Shown: positions 37,369-47,162, counted from the stretch's first letter. The stretch: 64,000 bases of DNA from Burkholderiales bacterium (GCA_036262835.1 DATAID010000104.1:19008-83007); one strand, 5' to 3'. A program made the numbers and translations. The notes: a model not told the origin generated them from the sequence alone.

Positions 37369-37864
37369 AGCGATCGCAATCGGCGCAGGCGTCCTTCTCC
37401 TCGTGCTAGCGAACTGGGCGGTCTTCGAGCGCGAGCAGCAGCTCACCGAAGGACGCGTCGTGCTCCTGGAGCTCGCGCCGGTGGATCCGCGCTCGCTCAT
37501 GCAAGGTGACTACATGGCGCTGCGTTTCAAGGCCGCCGACGATGCCTTCGGACGCTTTGGCCGCGTAAAGGACGTGGCCGATGGCCGGCTCGTGGTCAAG
37601 CTGGATGCTCGAGGCGTGGGAAGTTTCGTGCGCCGGGACGGCGGCGAGCCGCTCGGCGAAGGCGAAGTGGCGCTGCGCTATCGCATCCGCGACGAGCGCG
37701 TGAAGTTTGCGACCAACGCCTACTTCTTCCAGGAGGGCCACGCGCGCTACTACCAGCAGGCCCGGTACGGAGAATTTCGCGTCGCGCCGTCGGGCGAGCT
37801 TCTGCTCGCCCAGCTGCGCGACGCGAAACTGGAGCGGCTGGGACCGCCCCCTAGATCGCCTTAG
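37361..37864 (+). CDS. GDYXXLXY-domain protein, N-terminally membrane-anchored
   Basis: The ATG lies 8 nt inside the preceding gene. There is a single N-terminal TM segment (AIAIGAGVLLLVLANWAVF). The motif GDYMALRF matches GDYXXLX(Y/F). Confidence 0.7.
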   Translation: MRKAIAIGAGVLLLVLANWAVFEREQQLTEGRVVLLELAPVDPRSLMQGDYMALRFKAADDAFGRFGRVKDVADGRLVVKLDARGVGSFVRRDGGEPLGEGEVALRYRIRDERVKFATNAYFFQEGHARYYQQARYGEFRVAPSGELLLAQLRDAKLERLGPPPRSP

Positions 37865-38088
37865 CGGCGACGCTTGTCGCGGTCTTCGCCGATCTCGTGG
37901 CCGAGGACGCCGCCGCCCACCGCGCCGGCGACCGTGCCGAGCGTGCTGCCGCCCGTCACCGCACTCCCGACCACGCCGCCGCCGACCGCACCGATGGCGG
38001 TGCCGGCATCCGTCCGGGACATATGGCCGCAGGCGCCGAGCGAGCCGACGGCGAGCATCACTGCTGCAATTCTCACGAGGTTTTTCAT
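37861..38088 (-). CDS. Glycine-zipper 2TM-type small lipoprotein
   Basis: Start MKNLVRIAAVMLAVGSLGAC (lipobox), preceded by AAGGAG. It contains Gly-zipper repeats (GAVGGGVVGSAVTGG...GAVGGGVLG). Confidence 0.75.
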   Translation of the reverse strand: MKNLVRIAAVMLAVGSLGACGHMSRTDAGTAIGAVGGGVVGSAVTGGSTLGTVAGAVGGGVLGHEIGEDRDKRRR

Positions 38089-38107
38089 TTCGATCTCCTT
38101 TGGAGGG

Positions 38108-38563
38108 TTATGAGCGGCCGGGCCGGGTGCCCGCGTTACGCGGCTCGTTCGCAGAACGCGCCACTTTCGCGTCGGCCTTCGCCTTGGCATGCGCGGCCTT
38201 CGCGTCCTTCACGCACACGTCCTTCTTGTTGCCGGTGAGCTCGTCGCATTTCTCCTTGGCGACCTCGTAGTCCGCGTCGGCGTGCGCGATGCGAGCGTCG
38301 GCCTGGGCTTTCGCCGTGCCTTTGTGCTGCGCCTCGACGTCCGCCTTGGCGGCTTTCTGATGGCCTTTGGCCTGGGCCTTGCAGATGTCCTTCGCGTTGC
38401 CGGTCTGCGAGTCGCAGCGCTCCACCGCGGCCTTGTATTCGGCGTCGATCTTGTCCTTCTCGGCCTTGTAGGCGTCGTTGGAGACCTTGTCGGCCGCGAA
38501 CGCGCCTTGCGCGAGCGCGAGACTGGCTGCCGCGGCGAGCGCGGCCATGGGTTTGAGTGTCAT
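38108..38563 (-). CDS. Secreted Lys/Ala-rich protein with an internal duplicated C-x10-C motif
   Basis: Start MTLKPMAALAAAASLALAQGAFA. It has two repeats: DAEYKAAVERCDSQTGNAKDICKAQAK and DADYEVAKEKCDELTGNKKDVCVKDAK. Confidence 0.7.
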   Translation of the reverse strand: MTLKPMAALAAAASLALAQGAFAADKVSNDAYKAEKDKIDAEYKAAVERCDSQTGNAKDICKAQAKGHQKAAKADVEAQHKGTAKAQADARIAHADADYEVAKEKCDELTGNKKDVCVKDAKAAHAKAKADAKVARSANEPRNAGTRPGRS

Positions 38564-38565
38564 GG

Positions 38566-38784
38566 TCAGCTCCTCGGGTTCCAGTCGCGCCACTGGTTCT
38601 CGAAGTCGTCCAGCTGGCGCTCGGCCTCGTCCTTCGAGCAGCCGTACTGCTCCTGTATCTTGCCGGCCAGGCGGTCGCGGTTGCCGGCGATCACGTCCAG
38701 CTGATCGTCGGTCAGCTTGCCCCACTGTTGCTTGGCCTTGCCCTTCAGTTGCTTCCAGTTTCCTTCAATTCGATCCCAATTCAT
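38566..38784 (-). CDS. CsbD-family stress protein
   Basis: MNWDRIEGNWKQLKGKAKQQWGKLTDDQLDVIAGNRDRLAGKIQEQYG is the classic CsbD pattern. An AAGGAGA RBS precedes it. Confidence 0.85.
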   Translation of the reverse strand: MNWDRIEGNWKQLKGKAKQQWGKLTDDQLDVIAGNRDRLAGKIQEQYGCSKDEAERQLDDFENQWRDWNPRS

Positions 38785-39045
38785 GGATTCTCCTTTTTCC
38801 GTTCGCGGGAATTGAAAACGTTGTTGCAATCGCCGTGCCACCACCGGTGTCGCGCTGCTTCAAGGACTTGGCGTCGCGCGCGATGCGCGTCTTGTCCCGC
38901 TTGAGCGTCATCGCGCGGCAGCATCCGATGGCGCGCCGTCACGACTGCGTCGGCCGGGCTACGGCAGGATGGCGCACGGCGGGAAACTCGCGGAGTTTTT
39001 TCCTGCCTAGCTAGACAGGCCTGAGGTCAGGTCAAGGAGATATAC

Positions 39046-39222
39046 ATGCTGTACTACGCTGCCGTCTTTTTCGTCATTGCATTGATCGCCGCGGTCTTCG
39101 GTTTTACCGGAATCGCTGCGGGCGCGGCCGAGGTCGCGAAGATCCTGTTCCTGATCTTCGTGGTTCTCTTCGCCGTCTCGCTGGTGATCGGCCTGCTGAG
39201 AGGACGCGGTCCCCGCGTTTAG
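39046..39222 (+). CDS. DUF1328 (UPF0391) small membrane protein
   Basis: A 58-aa ORF that is not in the supplied track. Sequence [40 protein letters not shown]..., with an AAGGAGA RBS 6 nt upstream. Confidence 0.75.
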   Translation: MLYYAAVFFVIALIAAVFGFTGIAAGAAEVAKILFLIFVVLFAVSLVIGLLRGRGPRV

Positions 39223-39242
39223 CAGTACGTCGTAAGCCCCCG

Positions 39243-39278
39243 CCGGCGCCGGGCGAGAGCCCGGTGCCGGTTTTCTTT
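39243..39278 (+). terminator. Rho-independent terminator downstream of the DUF1328 gene
   Basis: A 12-bp stem (one G-U pair) with a GAGA tetraloop, CCGGCGCCGGGC-GAGA-GCCCGGTGCCGG, is followed directly by TTTTCTTT. Confidence 0.6.
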
Positions 39279-39285
39279 CCGGGCT

Positions 39286-39603
39286 TTACTTCGCCCGGAT
39301 GTTGTTCTGCACAGCCTTCACGCCCTCGACACGCCGCGCGATGTCCGAGGCCTTGCGCGCTTCCTCGGGCGTGCCGGTGCCGGTCAGCTGGACCACGCCC
39401 TGGGTGGTGGTCACGCCGATGTTCAGAGCGCTCACGTCCCTGTCCTCGACGAAGGCCGTCTTCACCTTGGCCGTGATCATGCTGTCGTCCACATAGGCGC
39501 CCGCGGTCTGGCCAGGCTTGCCGTTGCTCGCGCAACCCGCTATGCCGATTACTGTCGCCAGCGCCAGCCATGCGGCGCGGCGCCGCCACTCGTTGCTTCT
39601 CAT
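39286..39603 (-). CDS. BON-domain lipoprotein (OsmY-like)
   Basis: Lipobox IAGC. The BON pattern reads DDSMITAKVKTAFVEDRDVSALNIGVTTTQGVVQLTG...VEGVKAVQNNI. Confidence 0.85.
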   Translation of the reverse strand: MRSNEWRRRAAWLALATVIGIAGCASNGKPGQTAGAYVDDSMITAKVKTAFVEDRDVSALNIGVTTTQGVVQLTGTGTPEEARKASDIARRVEGVKAVQNNIRAK

Positions 39604-39773
39604 GTTTCGTTCCTTTCCGGTTGAATTTACGAACGCTCCCGGCTCTCTGCCGAAAGCGAGTACCTTCAGTCATAGCAAAGGCCATACCGAAACGCTCTAG
39701 GGCGCCATGCGCCGAAAGGCGCGTCCGGCCTCGTATACTTCGCCCTCGATTGATTCCCGAGGAGCACCTTCGC

Positions 39774-40880
39774 ATGCAGCGCACGGGCAAGGCGGCCATT
39801 TGCCGCGAGATCGGCAAGCCGGTCGTGGTCGAAACGATCCGCGTCGATGGTCCGAAAAGAGGGGAAATCATGATCCGGATCGCGGCGTGCGGCGTATGCC
39901 ATTCGGACCTGTCGGCGACCAACGGCACCATCCCGCTGCCGCCCCCGCTGGTGCTCGGCCATGAGGCCGCCGGCGAGGTGATCGAGGTGGGCGAAGGCGT
40001 CACCAGCCTGGCCGTGGGCGACCACGTGGTCAGCTCGTTCATCTACATGTGCGGCAAGTGCCGCTTCTGCTCGGGGGGCCGGCCTGTGCTCTGCGTCGAG
40101 CAGGGCAAGGCGCTCACCACGCCGCCCGAGGGCACTCCGCGCACCTTCGACCACGCCAACAAGCCGCTCAACATCTTCTCCGGCTGCGGCGTCATGGCCG
40201 AGTACGCGACGCTTTCGGTCGACAACGTGGTGAGAATCGATCCCAAGATGCCGCTCGATCGCGCCGCGCTGGTCGGCTGCGCGGTGACCACCGGCGTCGG
40301 CGCCGTGTTCAACACCGCGCGCGTCGAGCCCGGGTCCACGGTCGCCGTGTTCGGTTGCGGCGGCGTCGGCTTGAACGCGATCCAGGGCGCGGTCATCGCG
40401 GGGGCCGAGAAGATCCTCGCCATCGACACGATGCAGGGCAAGCTCGACATGGCGAAAAAGTTCGGCGCGACCGACACGCTGCTCATCAAGCCGGGCGAGG
40501 ACGCGACCAAGGAGATCAAGAAGCGAACGAACGGCGGGCCCGAGTACGCCTTCGAATGCGTGGGCTCGGGCGCGCTCGCGGAAGCCGCCTACAAGGCGAT
40601 CCGGCGCGGCGGCAAGGCGGTCATCGTCGGCGTGGCAAAGCCGACCGACTCGGCCGGCATCCGCCCGATGGGCATGGTGTTCGAGGAAAAGACGATCCAG
40701 GGCAGCTACTTCGGTTCCTGCGTGCCGCGCGTCGACTTCCCGCGCATGCTGCAGCTCTACATGGCGGGCAAGCTCAAGCTCGATGAGCTGATCACGAAGC
40801 GCTACAAGATCGACGAGGCGCCGCAGGCGTTCGCGGATCTCGAATCCGGAAAGAACGCGCGCGGGGTCATCGTGTTCTAG
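39774..40880 (+). CDS. Zinc-dependent alcohol dehydrogenase (class III-like MDR)
   Basis: Start MQRTGKAAICRE, preceded by GAGGAG. Motifs GVCHSDL, GHEAAGEV and GCGGVGL (Rossmann) are present. Confidence 0.9.
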   Translation: MQRTGKAAICREIGKPVVVETIRVDGPKRGEIMIRIAACGVCHSDLSATNGTIPLPPPLVLGHEAAGEVIEVGEGVTSLAVGDHVVSSFIYMCGKCRFCSGGRPVLCVEQGKALTTPPEGTPRTFDHANKPLNIFSGCGVMAEYATLSVDNVVRIDPKMPLDRAALVGCAVTTGVGAVFNTARVEPGSTVAVFGCGGVGLNAIQGAVIAGAEKILAIDTMQGKLDMAKKFGATDTLLIKPGEDATKEIKKRTNGGPEYAFECVGSGALAEAAYKAIRRGGKAVIVGVAKPTDSAGIRPMGMVFEEKTIQGSYFGSCVPRVDFPRMLQLYMAGKLKLDELITKRYKIDEAPQAFADLESGKNARGVIVF

Positions 40881-41252
40881 ATGGAGATCAACCGGCCGGA
40901 GGCGCTGCGCGAGGTCAGCGCCGCCTTCGCGCGCTACGAGGCGGCGCTAAACGAGAACGACGTGGCGACGCTGGACGAGCTCTTCTGGCGCACGCCGCAG
41001 ACGGTGCGCTACGGGATCGCCGAGGAGCTCTACGGCCACGCAGCCATCGCCGCATTCCGCGCCGCGCGCACGGGCGACACGCGCCGCGAGTTGCTGCGCA
41101 CCGTGATCACCACCTATGGCGCCGACTTCGCCACCGCCTCGTGCGAGTTCCGCCGCCTGGCCACCGGGCGGCGCGGTCGGCAGATGCAAACCTGGGTGCG
41201 CTTTGCCGAGGGCTGGCGCATTGTCGCTGCGCACGTGAGCCTCAAAGACTAG
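40881..41252 (+). CDS. NTF2-like AtzH-like/DUF3225 protein
   Basis: 123 aa. The pattern [10 protein letters not shown]...LDELFW...FRAAR...QTWVR...[10 protein letters not shown] matches my recollection of the DUF3225 family. The ATG abuts the ADH stop. Confidence 0.65.
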   Translation: MEINRPEALREVSAAFARYEAALNENDVATLDELFWRTPQTVRYGIAEELYGHAAIAAFRAARTGDTRRELLRTVITTYGADFATASCEFRRLATGRRGRQMQTWVRFAEGWRIVAAHVSLKD

Positions 41253-41263
41253 AAGTTCAGGTC

Positions 41264-42430
41264 TTACTTCGAAAGCCGCTTTTCGACCAGGCGCGCGAAG
41301 AAGCTCGCGCCGTAGGGCAGGGCCTTGTCGTTGAAGTCGTAGGCGGGGTTGTGCACTTCGCACGCCCCTTCGCCATCCCCGTTGCCTATGTTGATGTAGC
41401 AGCCCGGCACCTCGTTCAGCATGAACGAGAAGTCCTCCGAGGCCATGATGAGCGCAGGGTCGCGCTTGACGCTCTCGGTGCCGACGATCTCGGCGCAGAT
41501 GCCGGCCGCGTAGTCGGCCTCGCGCGCATCGTTGATGGTCGGCGGGAAGATGACGCGGAAATCGGTCTTCGCCCTGGCGCCGAACCCGGCGGCCACGCCC
41601 TCGGCGACGCGCGCGAGGTTCCTGCCGATCAGCTCCATCACCTCGTTCGAAAACGCGCGCGCCGTGCCGGAGAGCCGCGCGGTCTGCGGAATCACGTTGT
41701 AGGCCGCGCCGCCATGGATCTGGGTGACGGAGAGCACCGCCGTATCCACCGGCCGGACGTTGCGCGCGACGATGCTCTGGATCGCCGCGGTGATGTGCGC
41801 GGCGACGAGGACCGTGTCGACGCTCGACTCGGGACGCGCGCCGTGCGAGCCGCGGCCCTCGATGTCGATGTCGAAGAAGGCGCCGCCCGCCATCATGGGC
41901 CCGGAGCGCACCGCGAACCGGCCAAGCGGCATGCCCGGCCGGTTGTGCATGCCGAAGATCGCTTCGCACGGAAAGCGCTTGAACAGGCCGTCCTCGATCA
42001 TCGCCTTCGCGCCGCCCAGTCCTTCTTCCGCGGGCTGGAAGATGAAATTCACCGTGCCGTCGAAATTCTTGGTCGCGGCGAGATACCTGGCCGCGCCGAG
42101 CAGCATGCTCGTGTGGCCGTCGTGGCCGCACGCGTGCATGCGTCCGTCGTGCTTCGATTTGTGGCCGAAGGAATTCGCCTCCTGGATCGGCAGGCAGTCC
42201 ATGTCGGCGCGAAGTCCGAGGCTGCGCGTCGACGACCCCGATCGCAGCACCCCGACCACGCCCGTCTTGCCGATGCCGCGATGCACCTCGAGGCCGAACG
42301 CCTTCAGCCGGGAAGCGACGAAATCGGAGGTGCGGCGCTCCTCGAAGCCGAGCTCCGGGTGCGCGTGAAGGTCGCGCCGCCACGCGGTCATTTCCTCGTG
42401 CAGGGCGGCGATCGGCGGGGCGACGGGCAT
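41264..42430 (-). CDS. M20-family amidohydrolase (hippurate hydrolase / N-acyl-amino-acid amidohydrolase-like)
   Basis: WRRDLHAHPELGFEE, MHACGHDGH and FQPAEEG motifs. Confidence 0.9.
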   Translation of the reverse strand: MPVAPPIAALHEEMTAWRRDLHAHPELGFEERRTSDFVASRLKAFGLEVHRGIGKTGVVGVLRSGSSTRSLGLRADMDCLPIQEANSFGHKSKHDGRMHACGHDGHTSMLLGAARYLAATKNFDGTVNFIFQPAEEGLGGAKAMIEDGLFKRFPCEAIFGMHNRPGMPLGRFAVRSGPMMAGGAFFDIDIEGRGSHGARPESSVDTVLVAAHITAAIQSIVARNVRPVDTAVLSVTQIHGGAAYNVIPQTARLSGTARAFSNEVMELIGRNLARVAEGVAAGFGARAKTDFRVIFPPTINDAREADYAAGICAEIVGTESVKRDPALIMASEDFSFMLNEVPGCYINIGNGDGEGACEVHNPAYDFNDKALPYGASFFARLVEKRLSK

Positions 42431-42452
42431 GGCGCTTCCCGGCGGCGTTTTG

Positions 42453-43412
42453 CTACTGCTCGATCCTGATGTTGGCGGTCTTGACGATCTGCCCGTAGCG
42501 CTCCTGCTCGCGGCGCATGTAGGCCATCATTTCATCGGGCGTATTCGCCGCGGTGTCCATGCCGAGCGGCACGAAGCGCTCCTTCAGGTCGGCCGACTGG
42601 GAAGCCTTCTGGATCTCCGCGGCGAGTCGTACGAGGATCTCCTTCGGCGTGCCCGCCGGCGCGGCGTAGCCGATCCAGGCGGCGCAGTCGTAGCCCGGCA
42701 GCTCCGCCGCCTCGGCGAGCGTCGGCACGTCCGGGAGCGCGGCGTTGCGCCGGGCGCTCGTGACGCCGAAGGTCTTGAGCTTCCCCGACTTGATGTGCGA
42801 GCCGGTCGCCGCGACGGTCTCGATTGCATAGGAGACCTGCCCGCCCATCACGTCGGTGAGCGCCGGAACGCTGCCCTTGTAGGGCACGTGAATCACCTTG
42901 AGCTGCGCCATGGAGTTGAAGAGCTCCGCGAACATGTGCGCGGTGGCGCCCGTGCCCGAGGAGGCGAAGGTGAACTTGCCGGGACTGCCGCGCACGAGCG
43001 CGAGAAATTCCCTGGCGTTGCTGGCCGGGAACGAAGGCGCAACGACGAGCGCGAAGGGCGCCGTGCCGATCAGGCTCACCGGCGCCAGGTCCTTCAGCGG
43101 CACGTAGGGAATTTTCTGCAGGTTCGGCATGATCGAGATGGGCCCGCTCGAGGCCGCGAGCAGCGTGTAGCCGTCGGGGGCCGACTTCACCGCGAGCTCG
43201 GTGCCGATCTGGCCACCCGCGCCGGGCCGGTTCTCCATGACGAAAGGCTGGCCGAGCTGCTGGGAGAGCTTCTCGCCGATCAGGCGCGCGGCGAGGTCGG
43301 TCGCCTGCCCCGGCGGCCAGGGGATGATCACCTTGACCGGCTTGTTCGGATAGCTCTGCGCGGAGACGTGAAGCGAAAGGAAAAGTGCGACCAGCCCTGC
43401 GATTCTCTTCAT
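42453..43412 (-). CDS. Bug-family (TctC-like) substrate-binding protein
   Basis: Signal peptide followed by YPNKPVKVIIPWPPGQ and the PYKG motif. A GGGAGGA RBS precedes it. Confidence 0.9.
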   Translation of the reverse strand: MKRIAGLVALFLSLHVSAQSYPNKPVKVIIPWPPGQATDLAARLIGEKLSQQLGQPFVMENRPGAGGQIGTELAVKSAPDGYTLLAASSGPISIMPNLQKIPYVPLKDLAPVSLIGTAPFALVVAPSFPASNAREFLALVRGSPGKFTFASSGTGATAHMFAELFNSMAQLKVIHVPYKGSVPALTDVMGGQVSYAIETVAATGSHIKSGKLKTFGVTSARRNAALPDVPTLAEAAELPGYDCAAWIGYAAPAGTPKEILVRLAAEIQKASQSADLKERFVPLGMDTAANTPDEMMAYMRREQERYGQIVKTANIRIEQ

Positions 43413-43446
43413 GGTTCCTCCCTGCGCGCTAGTTTAACCGCACGCC

Positions 43447-43477
43447 AAAAAAACGGCCGGCTGCGGGCAGCCGGCCG
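43447..43477 (-). terminator. Rho-independent terminator (minus strand)
   Basis: A perfect 10-bp stem CGGCCGGCTG-CCCG-CAGCCGGCCG is followed on the minus strand by TTTTTTT (A7 on the plus strand at 43447-43453). Confidence 0.65.
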
Positions 43478-43532
43478 GGGAGACAAGCCGGTGTCCGGGG
43501 GAGACGGGCCGGCTTGGAGGAGTCTTAGGAGG

Positions 43533-43679
43533 CTAGAACGGCGTGGCGCCCCGTTCAGTGCGGAGCTGGCTCGCGATTCGCTGGAATTCGCTTTCGTCCC
43601 AATCCAGGCCGAGATCTTCCTCGTCCCAATCCTGATCCTGGGGGATGCGGTCCTCTTCTGCTTGCGTCTCGCGCACCAT
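43533..43679 (-). CDS. Small acidic hypothetical protein (48 aa)
   Basis: Not in the supplied track. Sequence MVRETQAEEDRIPQDQDWDEEDLGLDWDESEFQRIASQLRTERGATPF. AAAGGAGG lies 6 nt upstream, and the strong terminator follows downstream. Confidence 0.4.
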   Translation of the reverse strand: MVRETQAEEDRIPQDQDWDEEDLGLDWDESEFQRIASQLRTERGATPF

Positions 43680-43813
43680 GCTGGCCTCCTTTGTGGAAGC
43701 CATCGTGCCGCCGCCGCGCGCGGCGCGCTATCGGCCGGATTTTGAATTTGCTGTCGGTGTTCGGCTACAAAACGTCGCCCCGCTACGACGCGCCGCGGGG
43801 TGGACTCGCCGCG

Positions 43814-44992
<1,179 letters not shown>

Positions 44993-45003
44993 GACAATCT
45001 CCT

Positions 45004-47085
45004 TTATCCGTTGAACTTCTTGCCCGCCTTGGCGAACTTGACGAGCAGGGGCGCGGGCTTCCACACCTCGCCCATGTAGCCTTTCTGGAATTTCTCGATC
45101 GAGGCGAGCACCTTGTCCAGGCCCACCGTGTCCGCGTAGAACATCGGCCCGCCGCGGTAGGCGGGAAATCCATAGCCGGTCAGGTACACCATGTCGATAT
45201 CCGACGCCCTGAGCGCGATGCCCTCCTCGAGGATGTAGGCCGCCTCGTTGACGAGCGCGTAGATCAGGCGCTCGACGATCTCTTCATCGGAGATCGAGCG
45301 GGTCTTGATTTTGTTCTCCGCCCTGTATTTATCGATGATCGCGTCGACTTCGGGGTCGGGGATGGGCTTGCGGTCGGGCAGGTTGTACTTGTACCAGCCC
45401 TTGCCGGTCTTCTGCCCGTAGCGGCCCTGCTCGCAGATGCGGTCGGCGATGCGCGAATAGATCATGTTCGGCCGCTCCTTGTAGCGGCGCTTGCGGATCT
45501 CCCAGCCGATGTCGAGGCCGGCCATGTCGCCCATCGCGAGCGGGCCCATCGCCATGCCCCACTTGTAGGCCGCGGCATCCACCTGCTGCGGCGAGCAGCC
45601 TTCGTCGACGAGGAAGAGCGACTGCTGGCCGTACTTCTCGACCATGCGGTTGCCGATGAAGCCGTCGCACACGCCCGAGACGACCGGCACCTTCCTGATC
45701 GTTTTCCCGAGCTTCATCGTGGTGGCGAGCACGTCCTTCGCCGTCTTCTTGCCGCGCACGACTTCGAGGAGCCGCATCACGTTCGCGGGCGAGAAGAAGT
45801 GCGTGCCGATCACGTCCTGCGGGCGCTTGGTCACCGCGGCGATCTCGTCCACGTCGAGGGTCGAGGTGTTGGTGGCGAGGATGGCGCCCGGCTTCATCAC
45901 TGCGTCGAGCTTCGTGAACATGTCCTTCTTCACGTCCATGCGCTCGAACACGGCCTCGACCACGATGTCGGCGTCTTTTGCGTCTTCGAGTTTCGTCGTC
46001 GTTTTTATCAGGGCGATTCTCTTGTCCATGTCTTCCTGCTTCAGGCGACCCTTGGACACGGTCGCCGCATAATTCGCCTTGATTTTCTCGAAACCCTTCT
46101 TCACCGCCTCTTCGGTCACATCCATCATCGACACGGGAATCCCGGCGTTGGCGAAGTTCATGGTGATGCCGCCGCCCATGGTGCCGGCGCCGATCACGGC
46201 GGCGCGTTTGATTTCGCGCACCGGCGTGTCCTCGGGCACGTCCGGAATCTTCGTCGTCTGGCGCTCGGCGAAGAACATGTGGCGGAGCGCTTTCGACTCG
46301 TTGCCCTCGACGAGCTTCTGGAAGCGCGTGCGCTCTTCCTTGCGGCCTTCGTCGAAGGGCTTGGTTGCGGCCGCCTCGACGCAGGCGACGATCTCGAGCG
46401 GCGCCGGAAAGCCGCGCGAGGCTTTGGCGACGTCGGCGCGCGCCTTCTCGAAGAACTGCTTCGGATCGCCGTCGACCTTGACGGAGAGGTCGCGAATGCG
46501 CTTGGTTTTGGTTTGCTTCTTCGCGAAGGCGATCGCGCCCTCGAGCAGGTCGCCCTGCACGATCTCGTCCACGAGGCCGAGCTGCAGCGCCTTTTCCGCG
46601 GGAATCGGGTTGCCGCTCGTCATCATCGCGATGCCCTGCGCGGCGCCCACCACGCGCGGCAGCCGCTGCGTGCCGCCCGAGCCGGGCAGCAGGCCCAGCT
46701 TTACTTCGGGCAGGCCGAGCTGGCTCTTCGGCAGCGCGACGCGGTAGTGGCAGCCGAGCGCGAGCTCCAGGCCGCCGCCGAGCGCGAAGCCGCCGATCGC
46801 GGCGACCATCGGCTTGGGGCACTGGTCCTGCGCGTCGTTGATCTCGGGCAGCGAAGGCGGCACGAGCATCTTCGGCGTATTGAACTCGCGGATATCGGCG
46901 CCGCCGGAAAACGCTTTTGCCGAGCCGATGATCACGACCGCTTTGACGGCGGGGTCGGCGCCGGCTTTCTTGATGCCGTCCATGATGCCGGGCCTGAGCA
47001 CGCTGCCCAGGCCGTTGACGGGCGGGTTGTTCAAAGTGATGACGGCGATGCCGTCGCGGACGGAATACGAAACCGCTTCGCTCAT
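45004..47085 (-). CDS. fadB: Multifunctional enoyl-CoA hydratase / 3-hydroxyacyl-CoA dehydrogenase (FadB/FadJ-like)
   Basis: An N-terminal crotonase domain (FSGGADI) is followed by an NAD-binding domain ([11 protein letters not shown]). The thiolase gene follows 11 nt downstream. Confidence 0.9.
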   Translation of the reverse strand: MSEAVSYSVRDGIAVITLNNPPVNGLGSVLRPGIMDGIKKAGADPAVKAVVIIGSAKAFSGGADIREFNTPKMLVPPSLPEINDAQDQCPKPMVAAIGGFALGGGLELALGCHYRVALPKSQLGLPEVKLGLLPGSGGTQRLPRVVGAAQGIAMMTSGNPIPAEKALQLGLVDEIVQGDLLEGAIAFAKKQTKTKRIRDLSVKVDGDPKQFFEKARADVAKASRGFPAPLEIVACVEAAATKPFDEGRKEERTRFQKLVEGNESKALRHMFFAERQTTKIPDVPEDTPVREIKRAAVIGAGTMGGGITMNFANAGIPVSMMDVTEEAVKKGFEKIKANYAATVSKGRLKQEDMDKRIALIKTTTKLEDAKDADIVVEAVFERMDVKKDMFTKLDAVMKPGAILATNTSTLDVDEIAAVTKRPQDVIGTHFFSPANVMRLLEVVRGKKTAKDVLATTMKLGKTIRKVPVVSGVCDGFIGNRMVEKYGQQSLFLVDEGCSPQQVDAAAYKWGMAMGPLAMGDMAGLDIGWEIRKRRYKERPNMIYSRIADRICEQGRYGQKTGKGWYKYNLPDRKPIPDPEVDAIIDKYRAENKIKTRSISDEEIVERLIYALVNEAAYILEEGIALRASDIDMVYLTGYGFPAYRGGPMFYADTVGLDKVLASIEKFQKGYMGEVWKPAPLLVKFAKAGKKFNG

Positions 47086-47162
47086 TGCGTGGAAGTCTCC
47101 TGGAGGGTCGGACGATTCTAACCTAGACTGTAGCCGGGGAAAGGCACCTTGGAACTCACGTC

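Noticed and set aside
38878-39014. A roughly 43-aa Arg-rich ORF (MRVLSRLSVIARQHPMARRH...) in the same spacer. It is the tail of track ORF 38478..39014.
   Set aside because: It has no RBS and its composition is typical of a non-coding high-GC frame. The rest of that ORF is antisense to the real csbD gene and the Cys-repeat gene.
38785-39045. Sigma-54 (TGGCAC-N5-TTGC) or ECF/EcfG-type (GGAAC-N16-CGTT) promoter motifs in the csbD / DUF1328 divergent spacer.
   Set aside because: Only partial look-alikes are present (TGGCGCACGGCGGGAAA, and GGAATTGAAAACGTT with the wrong spacing). There is nothing I can defend without a position-weight-matrix scan.
43755-43800. A CCCCGC...GCGGGG hairpin followed by TTTTGT on the minus strand after the thiolase stop, considered as a terminator.
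   Set aside because: It has a 6-bp stem, an 11-nt loop and an interrupted U-run set 5 nt from the stem. This is marginal, and the much stronger terminator at 43447-43477 more plausibly ends this transcription unit.
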